Part shown: positions 21,401 through 35,270 of the stretch, piece by piece
Layout of the letters: the number at the start of each line of letters is the position of its first letter
Numbering within the stretch: position 1 is the first letter of the stretch
Source: Lama guanicoe
Lineage: Eukaryota
Direction: 5' to 3'
Assembly: GCA_013239625.1 (NCBI GenBank)
Contig: MU053216.1
Coordinates: forward strand, 744,001 to 808,000
DNA: 64,000 nucleotides
Notes under the pieces: generated by a model
The model's input: only the letters and a program-made list of their open reading frames with translations
Database searches by the model: none
What the model was told of the DNA's origin: nothing
Made by a program: the position numbers and the translations under genes

Positions 21401-24400
21401 CTGGCAGAGAAATAAAGCTGCTTTTTCTACTTCGTCCAAAAGCCTGTCCTCGAGTCTCACTTCAGTCTTCGGGATCCGGAGGCCGGGTTTATGCAACAGG
21501 GGCATTTTCACCGGGACTTGACAGGAATGAACACAAACCCTGCCTGATTCCCGTGGGCAGCTCCCCGGCTGTGCGTCTGAAATCTTACCTTTCCTCAGAC
21601 CAAGCAGCACGTTTGCTCCGAGGCTCCCCAGGATCCTCCTCGCCCTCCTGTGGCAGACACACCTGTGTCTCTAGCAGAGCACTCTGCCTCTAGCTGGTCC
21701 TGTCCACACGTCTCCACCAGACTGCGTCTCCCGGGGGCAGGACGGCGTCTCATGCATCTCTGTCCCTCACAGCGCATCTGTATGTGGTGGTCCTAGACAG
21801 ACTTACAGACTGAAGTCCTGGCTTGTGTGACAGTCAAAATGCGTCCGCTCAGGGAAGGGTTATGGTTTTGGAGCTGCTATGTATCTGTTCTCCAAGAATG
21901 ACCAGCAGGTTGCTTCCAAATAATCCCTGCTCCGGTGGGAATGCACAAACTTTCTCTTTTTAGGACTTTTAGTTCCCTGCTTAAATTCCCCATCTATTCC
22001 AGAGTGAAAGCCACCTTTTCTCCCAGACCCTTAAAAATATTTGTAAGAAGTATCTAACAGTCCTTTCTGCCAGTTCCCACGTTTCAGTCGTCCACTGGCC
22101 TGCTCCTGCTGACTGTTCCTCTCTCGGTTGTGGTCTCCTGACTCTTCATGAGTCTGGTAGTGTTTTACAGCACACCAGGTGTTGTGTGGGCACCGGCACC
22201 GCCTCTGCTGGAGGAGGACCGCCCCTCCCGGCCAGGCTGCTGGGGTCGAGGGCTGAGCCGGCCTCACCCGCGGCACAGCTCCGTCTGGGCTTGCTGTCAC
22301 TTTGGCTGAAGTCGGTTTGGCACTGGTTCGATGACCTAAGGGCAGGATTGGGCTGTCCTCCCTGGAGGGCTCACGCCTGACCATGTGGGACCACAGCGGC
22401 CTCTCTGCGCTGGGCAGCCCGGCCGCCAGCTCGCGGGGCTGCTGTGGGCTCTGGCCCGAGGTGACAGCCTCCAAGCGCTCAGGGAGGGGCCCCTGTGCTC
22501 CGCGGGGTCTTCCTCGCCCTCCGGCCTGCTCTGGGACTTCTCGGTGCTGCACTGCTGGGGGGCCCTTGCTGAGCACCCGGGGCGGGGGGTTCTCAGCTTT
22601 GCTCAGGGAGGGAAGGCCTCTGGGCAGGAGGTAGGGGTTAGGCGTCTGCTGTGCCTAAGTCTCCCTTTGCTGGTCCCCGGGCAGCCTTTGGAAGTCTGTG
22701 TGCAGCCCGGCTACCTTCTCCTGACCCCCGTCTCTGCTCAGTTAACCCCCTCCCCGAGCCCCTCGAAGGAGGAAGGGCTCGTCCGCTTCTGGAGACAGCT
22801 CTGCTAGCCACTCTGCATGCTCTGCTGTCTCCTTTCTTTTCTGACTTCTGTTACGTCCCAGCTGGCTCTCGTGGTTAGGGCGGAGGGCAGCGCGCTGTGA
22901 CCCTCTACCATGCCTTCAGACAGCCTAGCCCCGCAAGTGCTGATGTAGCAAGCCCTCCATGGAGGCTGTAAGCAGAGAGCAGACCCCTCCTCCTGCTCGC
23001 CCGCCCCTCCCCAGCACAGGTACACTCGTCTCCGGGGTGTGGGTGCACCCATGTCCTCTGGAGGAGGACAAGAAGGACTGTGGGGAGACACCGCCCTGTG
23101 TACGTCTGTGCGGATGCAGGACAGAGCCCGGGGCGGGGAACGCCCCCCGCTCTGGGAAGAGCACAGACACTAATGCAGCTCTTGGCCGGGACTGGCCGCC
23201 CCTCCCAGACTTCTCCCCCACGGACAGCTCCCCACACAGCGGGTCCAGCCGCTCCACAGAACTCGAGTGACCAGGGAGGCCCGCAGGCAGCCAGGGGGCC
23301 AAGGGTGTGGGCGAGCCAGCGGGAAGGGCGGATGGCCTGTGGTCACACAAGTCCTCTCTGCTCCTCCAGTGCAGCCTGGTTCTCGGGAGTCAGACTCCAA
23401 CACTGGATCGGTTTTCCTTTCATCCTGAATACATACACCCGGCGAAGCAGGAACCAAACGTCGCTGGTTATTTACCACGTAACAGGAAAGCGCAAAGCAC
23501 CCAAAACCTGATTTTCTCCTCTGAGAGTGGAGAAATGCCTACAACGCAAGAGGCTGGTGTAAGAGCTGAGCTGGTTTCTTCCTTTTGGGGTGATTTTTGC
23601 CCCCAGAGTTTGTGGAGTTGGAAGCCTAGCCCTACCCTCCGCAGACACCGAGGACGTCCAGCAGCCCCACCCCCCCCCCCCCATGACTACACAGCGGCCC
23701 AACTTCCCGAAACCGAGTCCACAGACGACTCGTAAAACGCAGCTGGAGGCAGACTAGAGGCTCTCCGGTCCCCTTCACGGAGCCAACAAGGGTGACTGCA
23801 CTCTAGAAGGCAGAGGACGTGGGACGGGGCGGGGTCGCCCACACACGAGTTCTGACGCTGGCTCCCTGGTGAGAGGCGAGTCTCGTAAGGAGGCTCAACG
23901 CTAAGCATCCTCTCGGGGAGCCTGACGGCGGGGCTGGAAGCGGGCCGGGCTGACCCCTACGTCCTCTTCTGAAACCCTGCACGACGTCCCCGGAGCGACG
24001 GCAGAGTTAACACCCAGCCCCAGCTCGCCGCCTGCGGTGGAACAGAAGAGGTCAAACCACGCGAAACCGCCGAGTCTGTAGGGAGAAAACAGTTCACCAC
24101 GTGGACTCCCCGGGGGTCAAGTCCAGGATGTCTCCTTTCGTGCGTGGCCTGTGCTTCTGCTACAGAAGCGTGCTCATGGATTCCAAACTCCTGACAATGG
24201 GAAGACACTGAGTTCTGGAACCTGAGTCAAACAGCAGGGGTGATGACCTGTCCTGATCTAGGCCTCGTCTTGTCCAGGTGAACAAGGGGACACGCCTTGG
24301 ACTCTTCTCGATCCAAAGTTCCCAAGAGACCCCACCCTCCTTGTCTTTCACACTTTCTTCAGGCCCGTTCCAAGGTGAACGGCTCCAACGACAGCCAGAG

Positions 24401-24515
24401 GTCACCCACAGCCACAGCGACGTCGGGTCCTAACAGAACTGTCCGTGATGCTCCCTCTCCGGTCCCTGCAGCAGGTGAGACCCTTGCTCCCCTTCCTTAC
24501 AAGGTGGTAATCGCC

Positions 24516-24810
24516 CAGATCTGTGTAACATGGAGCCACCGGCCACTTACACACACAGACCAAGCACTGGACATGTGGCTGGTCCAAACTGAGATGTACG
24601 GTAAGGTTTCAAAGATTTAGCATGAAAAATAATGTAACCCATCTTATTAGCAATTTTACTTTACATATTTAAGTGACAACATTTTAGATGCATTGCATTA
24701 AATAAAATATGTTACAATTAACTTCACCTGCTTTGCTTCTTAAAAAAGTGTCTACTCGGAACCTTAAAAGGGTGTGTGTGACTTGTGCCGCGTCTCTGTT
24801 GGAGAGCTCT
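24516..24810. mobile_element. hAT-Charlie non-autonomous DNA transposon (MER33-like)
   Basis: gcactggacatgtggctggtccaaactgagatg...aaataaaatatgttacaattaacttcacctg...ctgttggagagctctg; AT-rich island. Confidence 0.7.
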
Positions 24811-26604
24811 GTCCCCAGAGGGAGCTTCTGGCCCGTGAAACTGACGCTGCTTTGAAGCGCTCGCGTCTCTCACTGCTCCAGTGGGTAGTGGGTCCACGAG
24901 CTCAAGCAGCTGTGGTTTGCAGCTAAATCTTGCTCCTCCTCCTGATGTCACCAAATGTGGCAGAACTGCTGGGCACATCCGCTGGATTATTAGCCACACT
25001 CCTCAGAGAGCACTCGAGAGGTTAAAAAGGATGAGTGGCTTAAAATTTTGAAAAAAGAAAAGAAAAAACATAGATCATGGAAGAGTCAGAGTGAAACTGC
25101 GATTTTGTGACGCTCAGTTTTGAAGGCATCAAGGCCGCGGAGAGAAACCAACATGCTCCTGGAGAGTGTGGCGAAGGTCTCAAAGGCAGCAACCACCCCG
25201 CTCCCACCCCACGTGGCCGCAGCGCTTCCAGAGCACAGCGTCTGCTTCATTACATCTGTGGTTTGGCCGAGACCATGGCAAGCTGGCCTGATCCGGCCCG
25301 CGAAGCCTGGCAGCCGGAGGAAAGGATGAATTGCACAGAGAGAAAGATCTGGGGGGGAGGCGGAGAGAGGGGGCCAATGTAAATTTTTTGAGCTAAAGGT
25401 TTGCCAAGTCTTAAGGGCAAAGCTCAGCAAGGAGGAGGAACCTTACAGAACCAGGTAACCAGAGGCCGACAGGGCACTGGAGGGCGCGTCCGATTAGCGA
25501 AGTTTGCTTGGCCCCCTCAGCACTTCGGCAGCGAGTTCACGCTCCCACCCCAGCCCATGAGAAAATTAATGGTTTCAGTAACTTGTTAAAGACACTTCTT
25601 AAACTCCAGTTTGAGTCACAGAAGTATCTGATTAATTCTGCTCAACTTTCAAATGCTGAGGCTGATTTTGTGAATGGCTGCCGTAGGCTGGGGAACCCGA
25701 AAACTCAGATTTACTTTCCACGGCTCAGCTGCATGGCAACGCTGGCCCTGTTGAAAAGTCTGGGAAAACAGGCACCACCACTTCAGGGTGTCTGCCGCAA
25801 CAGCTAGGTGATGGGCTCTCACTCAGACTCGACTGGAAGACGGTGGTGGCTGACGCCACCAGTTCTGAGGAAGTTTCCTGGCGCTCAAACCCAGCTGACG
25901 TGAAAGCCAAGAAAATTAGACCCCGTGCCCTGCTGGATCTTGGCCGCTCCACAACTGTGAGAGCACCCGTTTCCACGTTGCCTTTTCCCTTTGTCACTCA
26001 GGTCGTATTTCTACAGTGAGCACCAGAGCGGCCTGTGGCGTGGGGAGAGGGGCTGGTGTGAATGAACCCAGGCCGCTGGGCACCACCGGGGACATGAAGT
26101 CTCGGCCTCCCAGTCCACTGAGGACGTCGCAGAAATGGGAGACGTCTGTCCGCCGGGCCCCAGCCTTAGTGCACCTCAACTGATCCTTGCCGAAGTTCCA
26201 ACCACCACCAGCACGTCCAGATTAGACCCTCCCCTTTCCCGGAGGGTCAATGTTTTTAACGGTTGCAGTAGGGTCACCCCTTCGGTCCCAATAAAGCCTG
26301 TGCCTGGATCTGTCCAAGTGCCATCTCATCAGCGGCAGGAGTGTCTTGGGGGGCCCAGCCTACCGTCACGGAGGGCGTAGCTGGTCCGGTGAGCTGGGCC
26401 TCTTGGGGTCAGACACAAAATCCTGTGCCCGTGTGCAGTTTTCTGGTGTCCAGTCATACCTTCAGGTGCTCAAATGTCTAGGACCCAGGAAAAGTCTCAG
26501 AAATCCTCACCTTGTCTCCTAACCCCCGGCTTCCAGCACTGCCTTCCGGACTCTCCATGAAATCTTTGGCCGAAGGTTAAGACAGCCTCTTACACTTGGA
26601 CCGT

Positions 26605-26935
26605 CGTTGTGGACGAACTGTGTCCCCTGCAGGCCCTCAGGCTGAAGCCATAACCCCCAGTGACTGTATTCGGAGGCAGGACCTTTAGGGAGGCAATTAA
26701 GGTTCAACGAGGTCAAGCGGGTGGGGCCCCACCCAGCGTGACAGGCGCCCTCCTAAGGGGGGGCGGCACTGCAGCTGCTCCTCTCCCCGCGGGCAGAGGT
26801 GGCCCCGGGAGGACACAGAGGAGCCCGCCCAGGTGGTGCCTTGATCTCGGGGTTCTAGCCTCCGAGACTGAGAGAACATACATTTCTGCTGTTTAGGCCC
26901 CCACCTAGCTTGTGGCACTTTGTTAGAAACCATGA
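26605..26935 (+). mobile_element. MaLR solo LTR (MLT1-like)
   Basis: gaactgtgtcccc...gtgactgtattcggaggcaggacctttagggaggcaattaagg...ttctagcctccgagactgagaga...atttctgctgtttaggcc. Confidence 0.8.
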
Positions 26936-28393
26936 AGTGATGAGAATCAGCTTGCTCTTTGCTGATGCAGACACGCCCCCACGAGGCTGCACCAGACGCT
27001 GACCTCCTTCCTCCCTGATTCAGGCTGGTTTTCACCTCGGGGACGTGCTAACGTGGGGCCTTCCGTCGTGGTGCCCCAGGCCCGTACGGCCACGCCAGCC
27101 GGCCTCGGCGGCAGCGCTGGGCAGAGGCCGGGGCGGAGGAAGGAATGGTCACCGAGGCTCTGACTTGGCAGCAGTCTAACCCTGGCGAGACCCCGCCTTT
27201 TGTGATGCAGCGAGGACCTGCGTGCGGTCCTCGAGTGGCGCGACACACAATTACTCGGTCCTGCGAGCGGCTCGGCTAGCACTTCGTGGGACCAATGGAT
27301 GCAACTAGAGGGGCATCAGTACATTTGACTGGGACCCTCACGTGGGAAAGGGGAACTGCAGGGTGCTGGGCGGAGGCGGTGAGAAGGCGGGGAAGGACGA
27401 GGTGTGGGCCGAGGTGTGGGCTGGGGCTTGGCCACGTCGGCGGGCAGGGCCGGAGCGGAGGGCGGGCAAGAGTCAAGCGGGTCAGTGGAGTCTCCTTAAT
27501 TAGGACCAACTGCGGCCCGGCGTGCAAGGAACTCTGACTCGGCCGGCCAGTTTGTTTGAGTTCTCTTGTTTCAGAGACGTCCCTCTGCCCTGCCCGAGCC
27601 CTGCCCCGCCTCGCCGACTTTCACAGGGGCAGGAATGGACAAAAAGAAAAAGAGATAAAAGGCATCTTCCTCTTTCTCAGATGTTTCCAAACGAGGAACT
27701 GTAAATCCTTCAGAGTAAAAGCCAACCAGGAATCTCAAGACACGGGAAAACTCTAAGGGGTGGAGGATAACAGGCAGCCGCGGGGAGCGTGGTCCGGGGC
27801 ACTGAACACGGCCGTCCCCACCACTCTCACACTGGGGGCGCAGCCCCCTGCCCGTCCCTGCCTCACTTCCCGAGGATAAACAGGTAATTCAACACCTCGA
27901 AGCAAAATGTCTGGGAAGCTGAACGTCTGGTGAAATAATTTTGATTCTTGTGCAAAAAACAAAATCTTGACAAAAACAAACAAGTCCCAGAATTAGGGTG
28001 TCAGCTGACCAAGGACGACCTGAATCTGAGTTTCCCTGTTCTGATCAGAGGCCCGAATGAAGCTCTGAGAACAGGGCGCTTTCTGGGGCCAGCGTTTCCT
28101 TCTCTTTCTGAAGCCATCGGAGACGTCCCATTTTACAGATTTCTGGAGAGGGGCGAAAGTGCTATTTGATTTGAAATTTCATGAGATATTTCCTGCCCCT
28201 CCCCCACTCCTCACCTCACTCTTCCAGGCACTTCCTTAGGGGTCGGGCAGCACACTTGTCCCAAATCCCCTGCTGACTCAAAGGAACCAATACAGCATGT
28301 TTGCCTTTCTGCATCGTCTTTAAACCAGTGAGGCATTACGACACCTTGAAAATGCTCTGCAATGTAGGCAAGGTTCAGGTTACGTGCCTAGCG

Positions 28394-28718
28394 CAGGGCT
28401 GGCAAATTTCTCCTGTGAAGAACCAGACAGTTGACGGGTTAGGCTTTGCGGGCCATGTGTCCTGTCGCAGCCATTCGACTCTGCCCCTGCAGCAGAGAGC
28501 AGGACAGACCACGTGGAGACAAACGAATGCAGCGACGTCTGAGATAACTGTAGGCCCGGACGAAGGGATCACGTGCCGTGAAATACTCTTCTTCTTTTAA
28601 CCTTCCCCTCCAGTTCCTTAAGAACGTGAAAGCCATTCTTAATTCTTAGCTTTGCTGGCCAAACAAAAACAGGCGTAGGCGAGATCTGGCCCAGAAGGCC
28701 AAAGTTCGCTGCCCGCTG
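28394..28718. mobile_element. hAT-Charlie MER58-like element
   Basis: Termini cagggctggcaaatt and gttcgctgcccgctg; internal ttaggctttgcgggcca. Confidence 0.75.
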
Positions 28719-31249
28719 GGCGAGACCACACCAAAGCGAAACGGAAAAGAGTAACTCCTCAAAGCCTCGGACGTAAAGCAGCTCTGAACCGAGAGGGCCC
28801 GCTGCTCGTCCTCCCCGTCAGTGCCTTTCTGATCTAACTCGCTCAGTTTACAAGTTAAAACAAGACTTTTCTGCCAGCCATACTCCCAGCTGTTTTTGAC
28901 TCAGGAAATAAAAGGGTGGAGTGGGGAGGGCGGGGCAGGGGGAGAAGAGAAGAAAAGCCCCAGGGTGGCTTGTCCCTCCCCCACCCGCCACTGGAATCAG
29001 GCAGAGCCACAAAACAGGAGGGGATTCAAACAGGATAATTTACACAGGGTCGCCAGAAGCAAAGCCTTTTTTCGTAGAAGCACAAATCCTGCCACAGGGA
29101 CGGCTGAAGAGTCACACGGCAGCGGGCACAGGTCCCAGCATCCCCGTGAGGGTCACGGCAGCACGGGAGTCCCTGATAGGAACAAGCCGCCAGTCACCTT
29201 CGGATCTCCAATCAGCTCGGTTCGCAAAGCGAGGAGCAGGGGAGGTGACAGGGAGGAGCCGGGCCCTCATTCCATCCTGGGCCACAGACTCTGTGCACTC
29301 TGAGCAGCTCCGGAGGACCCGGCCAGGCTGCTGGTGTGGGACGCTGAGCTGGCCATAAACACCTCCAGCCTGGAAGCTGCCCTCTCGCGGCGCCAGAATG
29401 AGGCTTCCTACCTCGACCCTAGCCAGCGGCCCGGCGCTCCCTCTGAACACATCATCCCTCTTCTGGCTTCTCAGCATCACACTCAGCCCTCCCTCCCCAG
29501 AGTCCCTGGCCTTCCCTTATCACCTTCCTTCTCTCTCACTCCACTAAACGAGATCACTTGCCAACTTCCTAGTGTTTCTGCATAAACCAAGGAGGCCGCC
29601 TTCTTTCTGTTCACTGAGCCTCCTTGTTCGGTCAGAACCCCTGACTCAGCAGAGAGGGCGACGTGCCACCCAAGTTTCCTGTCTGTGATTGCGCTAATCC
29701 TGTCCACATGTAATCCACCCAAGAGAAACATAACAGGGGCCGTTCAGAGGGAAAGCAGCACGGAAACAAACGCAAATTCCAAATCCTGAAGCCTGAAGAG
29801 GAACGCACGGAGTCTAAGGCCCCGTGCCCGCCTGCGTGGGCACCAGCTCCCTGAACTGGCCGGCAGTGCACCCCAGAGCCCCGTGCCCTTCACACCCAGA
29901 CGCCTTGTGCGCCAAGACCAGCGGGGGACAAGCACAGCGTACGCGACAGCCCGACACCTGTCGCGCACCCAGGGAGTGCCGTCCGGATCCTTAACTTGTC
30001 TCCCTTTTCACAACGGACCCCGAGAAACCCGCGCACAGCAGACACGACCGCCCCTCCAGGAGCGCACACCCTCCCGAGACCCCGAGGGAGAAGTTCAGCC
30101 AACAGCCTTGGACGAAGAAGGCTGCACCCTCAGGCCAGCCAGAGGCAGGGCCGCACAAAAACCCTTGCCCTTCACTAAAAATAAAGGAAAAACACCCCAG
30201 TCTGAAGAGTCATAAACAAGATAAAAGACGAAGCTGTTTTCCAGATTACGGAGAGTTCTATGCAGCCGACTTAGGTCACTCTGAAGTTCTGACTCAGGGG
30301 CTCTGGCTGGATTTCTTCATTCCCACAGCTTCTGCCCATCCTCTTTATGCCCCACCCTCCTTTAAGCCCCAGACTAAAAGTGTCAGTCATGTGTTAGGGC
30401 GGGGGGGGGGGTAGGAGGCCAGGGTGATAAGGTTTCTCCCCACGAAGAATCAGAACCCGAGGGCGACAAGGAACCAGAGAGGCTCATCAGCTTGTTCCCG
30501 GGGAGCTTATCCAGTGGGGACCCCGATACGACTATTTCAAAAGAGAGTCGTGAGAAGGGAGGAGAGCAAGGGCACACTCCATGACTGCACACGAGTTAAT
30601 TTCTGTGGAGTTAACAGTAAGGATTTCCACTGGAACAAACCCATCCATGTGTAAGTCTGAGACTGCCTTGTGGAAGGCTGCTGCTCCCTTGCCGGCAGAC
30701 GGGCTGGGATCTGACTGAGCGTCAGCTATGACTTACGTCCACCCGGGCAGACACAGCCTACACCACTCTACACCGCTGGACGTAACACAGCAGCGCCCTG
30801 CACTTCTCCAGAGCAAAGTCTGCAGCTTTACTGAACTCGAGGCTTTCTGGAAGACACCCTGAAATGATATCAGTGGGCACTGGAGGACTCTGCTTCCCAT
30901 CTGTCCCCAGAAACCCTGGAGCGGAGGTGACAGCCCTGCAGCCTGCGGAGTTGGTGACGTTACCAAGTTCACTCACGGTTATCCGTCCACAAACTCGTTC
31001 AGATCAAAGCAGTTTCTCCACTTTTCCACAACCTAATGCACTGTGGAAATCCAAACAGTGATTCTCAAATGCTCGCTATTAAAAGGCTTCTTTAATATGC
31101 TCCCATTTACACTGACCCATGACACCTTCTTTGGTCGGAAGAACATGGCTTTTACTCTACATTCTAGTGGAGATGCCAGATTTATGCTGACCCATGCATG
31201 TATTCTAATCTTATTTTCCTTTGTGAGTATCACCGGATCATTACGAAAA

Positions 31250-31493
31250 TAACAGTAACCATATTCATACGTAGTATTTAAGTGTGTGTTCAAGCACTGT
31301 TACATCCATGTACAACCTCACGCAATCTCCGTATCAGCCTGGAGTTAGACATCACCTCCACTTCACCCGTAAGAGAACAGAAATTCAAGACAAGTAAAGT
31401 CACGTGCCCGCTCCAGTCCCACAGCTGGTTAAGAACCAGACTCAATTTAATACCAGGAGGTGTCTGACTCTAGAGACCGTCTTTAACCACTAC
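31250..31493 (-). mobile_element. MIR SINE
   Basis: Antisense MIR ending in gtctgactctagagaccgtctttaaccactac. Confidence 0.7.
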
Positions 31494-32894
31494 GTAGACT
31501 ATAAACACTGCCATCACGAGAGATCACTGAAGTTAGGGGTGGTCACAGACTAGCAAAACTAAACCAGCCATTTGCTCAGATCACGAGGGAACCATTTGGC
31601 GTTGCTTCCGCGGTGCACTGCCTGGCAGCTTTCCACGTGGTGTCCCACTGGAGGGCGGGATCACTAACTCCGCTCGGAAAGGTGGCATCCAGGTCAAATT
31701 TAATTTGAGTCTGCTCCATCGCTTTGACACCGCACCTCGAGTGACTGAGGTCAGCATTGAGAATAGTGGAAAAGAAACGGGGTTAGTCCAAGACCTCAAA
31801 GGCCTGCACGCCAAAACTCAGTGTTTCTGAAAGAGGGGCTGCCTCTGGGCAACCAGAGGAGGGGCCTGAGTGCACGAAGGCGGTAGGACGCCCAACCTGG
31901 CAGCTCCCTTCCTGCCTGCTCACACTGCTTCCCACCCTCTGCACCGCCACACGCCTGCAGCAGTGGGTGGAGACATGAAGGGCAGCTCGTTATGACTCAG
32001 GTGCCCCAGCCTGGGGTGGATGGAGTGCTCCGTGGACCCCTGCCCACGATCTTCCACTTCTGGGAGTGCTTTGGGACCCGGTTGCCCCTGAGTGTTAAAT
32101 GCAATCCCCAGGATATCGCTTTGCAAAAAAGTCTTTGTAACGACAGATAAAAATCATACACCCCTCATAGTGAGGACCAGGGACTCTGAGTGAGGCCCAC
32201 AGTGGGCACTGCGCTGGGACACCAGGCTCAGGTGGGTGCCCCTGGGGGCAAAGGGGGTGGGTCACCTAAACTGGGAGTCAGTAGGGCCTTCCTGATGGCC
32301 GCGTCGGGAAGGACCCCGGTCACTCTCTCCAGACCAAGTCGAGGACAGCCAGCGGCTCCAGAACTTCCCCTCCCAGTGCAAGCTTACCCACTCTGAGCCT
32401 GGCTCGGGCCCCCACACTAAGCCCCGCCCACCGCCCACGCCCCGCCCACCACGGCTGGTCCCACGTTCCCCGCGTGTCCCCCCTGGTTTCCTCCCTTGGG
32501 CACTCACTTGCTGGTGGCACCAAAGCCGGGTCTGGGCAGGTGGCACCAGGGCAGGCCCGGCTAGACTGAGTGTGGGGATCCCAGCGGAGCCCCCGGACCC
32601 GTGCGCCCTGGAGGGAGTGGGTAACACAAGCCCACAGCAGTCTCCCAGGGCAACGGCAGAGCGCCCGGGGAGCCGACTTGGGGTGATGGCGCCTGAGGAC
32701 AGCACGGAAGATGCAGACCCAGTACGAAGGTGGAATGAAGAGGCTGGAAGAACTCCTTCCCCTGAGGAGGTCTGGAGGAGCTGCTCTTTGGGATGCTGGG
32801 CGGGTTTCGGGCAGGGAAGACAAGCTTGGGCAGGCTGCTGGGCAGGGGTTGAGGGAGAGCGCCTTCAGTCCAGAGAGCAGGACGGGTGGCGGCC

Positions 32895-32968
32895 GCGGTG
32901 AGGGCCAGGGGCGGCGAGGGCCAGGGGCGGAGAGGGCAAGGGGCGGTGAGGGCCAGTCAGGGGCGGTG
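32895..32968. repeat. 16-bp GC-rich minisatellite (GGGGCGGNGAGGGCCA, about 4.5 copies)
   Basis: Directly visible; each unit carries a GC box. Confidence 0.85.
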
Positions 32969-34490
32969 CCTGGACAGCACAGCACAGCAGTGCTGTGCTG
33001 AGAGCTTGCTCTTATGCCAGACCAGCTGCTGTACTTTTGACCACAGAAGGAACTCTTTGGGGACAAGAGAGAATCCTTTTCTGATCAATTACAAAGATAA
33101 TCAAAGTGGAAAAGAAAAAAAGAAAAGAATTTCTCATTAGTTCTGTGCCCCTTTTCCAGAGCCCTGGAGGATGAAGTATAAAAAACACTGGATGTGTTAG
33201 GAGAGAAACCTGTTAGTCTGCAGACGGAATTTTTCTTCAGGGTGGAAATGCAGAGAATGTCTACATATTCAGTCAGCTGAAGGCAGAACGCTGAGAAAAA
33301 CTAAGCAGCCAGGAAGTGGGGATTCTGAGGCCTTAAAACCAAGAACGTTTTGGAGTCTGCCCTCTTGGGCAGCAACCCAGGACGTCAGAGAGGTCCAATG
33401 TTCCGTTACCAAACAGAGAGCCCCTTGAAGAGATGAAAAACGGTTAAATAAAAACTGATAAAATGGCTTGCTCCAGAATTAACAAGGAAGTATGAAGTGT
33501 TCAGAGAACCAGGCTTTTCGAAGGCTTGAAAACATGATTGCAGCGCCAGAATCCAGACCACCTCTACGAAGACTCGGGGACACTGAGGACTTACACACTC
33601 CTGTGCAGGCTCCGAACGAGCCCCCACTGTGCCTTTCCCCCTTCATTTTCAGTCTGTTCCTTGCAACATCTTAACTTTTAGAGGCAACTTTTAACTCTTC
33701 AAAGGCTACTCTTTCATGCGGGAGCTTTGCTGCCCACCCTCTATAATTTAAAAAACAACCCCAAGCCAAAACCCCAAAAGCCCTTCTTCCTTCTAGAAGC
33801 CCCTTCCCCATTTCAGGTACTAGGAGTATGTTCTCTTTAACGGTTTCGCCTTCGCGGTGCTTCCCCACAGATGGGAACTCATGGACCTAGTATGGCAGCT
33901 GCCGGGTTGCACCACCCACACCACCAGGACGCTTGTGCTACTGCAGTCAGACCAAGAATTCAAACACTTCCGCAGCCTGCGTGTGGCCCAGAAGCCAGAG
34001 TCGTCCCCGATCTGCAGTCATTACTGCCCCGGGCACGAGGACGGTAAAAGCGAGTGAGCCAAAAGCAAGCCGCCCTTTCGTCACCTTGAGGGGTTTTATC
34101 CTTGCTTATGCGGAAGACTTCATTTTAATTTTCCTAGGATAAGATTTTTGGGTTTTTTTATCAGCTCTTTCCAGTTGGTTAAGAGCAGCTGAAGTGTAGT
34201 GTGCGCAAGGCACAGCACGCAGGCAAGACAGCAGGGCGGGCCGCCTTCACTTTGCCTTCTCACTGATGTCTGAGGGCACTGGCTTCTCTGAAGCGTTATC
34301 TCACAGTATCTAAAGGTGTTCCTCTGTTCCTGACTGGCTTTGTTTTTTTTAAACATTATACCTGATACTACATTTTCATTAACACTCTGGTAAAATTCCA
34401 CTGTAAGAAACAAATTATTTCATTTTGAGAGCCCATTATAAATACTGAATGAAATGGAGTCTTCCCCCATTTAAAAAAAGTAGTCAGGTT

Positions 34491-35270
34491 TGTGATACTA
34501 TGATTTATAACAAGAAATAGATGTATTTGGTCTTCGACCCCATCTCTGGCCCAGAGCTCCTAAAACTCTAGGAGTTCCCTAGTGCTGAGGGCCGTGAAGG
34601 TGTCTTTTGGCATGTTAATGGGGCGACTTTTAGAAAGCACCTGAATGTGAGGACTGGCCACCAGCAGAACCAACCCCGAGACTAGAGGGCAGAAACTTTC
34701 AGCCCCACCCCGACCTCCGGGCAGGGGTCCGGGGCTGGAGGTTGGACTAACAGGTAAGGATTTAATCAGTCCTGCCTATATAATGAAGCCTACATAAACC
34801 TAAAAACTCGGGGTTCCGAGAGCTCCTGGGGTGTGAAGGCGTGGAGGGGCTGGGAGAGTGGTGCCCAGACAGCGCGGACGCTCCACCTCCATTTCCCCAT
34901 CACCTGTCCCATGCAGCTCTGATCTGGCTGTTCCTGAGTTACAACCTTTTATGACTGACCGGTAATCTAGAACGGCAGTGTTCTCCTGAGTTTGGTGAGC
35001 CGCTCTAGCAAGTTAACGGAACCCAAGGAGGAGACTGTGGCAACCTCCATGCTACAGCGGTTGGTCAGATCAGGTGACAACCGGACTTGCCATCAGTGTC
35101 TGCAGGGGGTGGGGGACAGTCTTGCAGGACTGAGCCCTTCACCTGTGGGATCTGCTGCCTCTCCAGGGAAACTGTCTGAACTGAGCTGAACTGTAGGACA
35201 CTGTGGTGTCAGAGAACTGGTTGGGGGAAACCCCACATCAGAATGGGTGTCAGAATCGAAGATGATGTAA
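34491..35270 (+). mobile_element. ERVL solo LTR (MER21-like)
   Basis: Starts tgtgatactatgatttataacaagaaatagatgtatttggtc...cagagctcctaaaac; internal ttctcctgagtttggtgagccgctctagcaagtta; ends near gggaaaccccacat. Confidence 0.8.
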
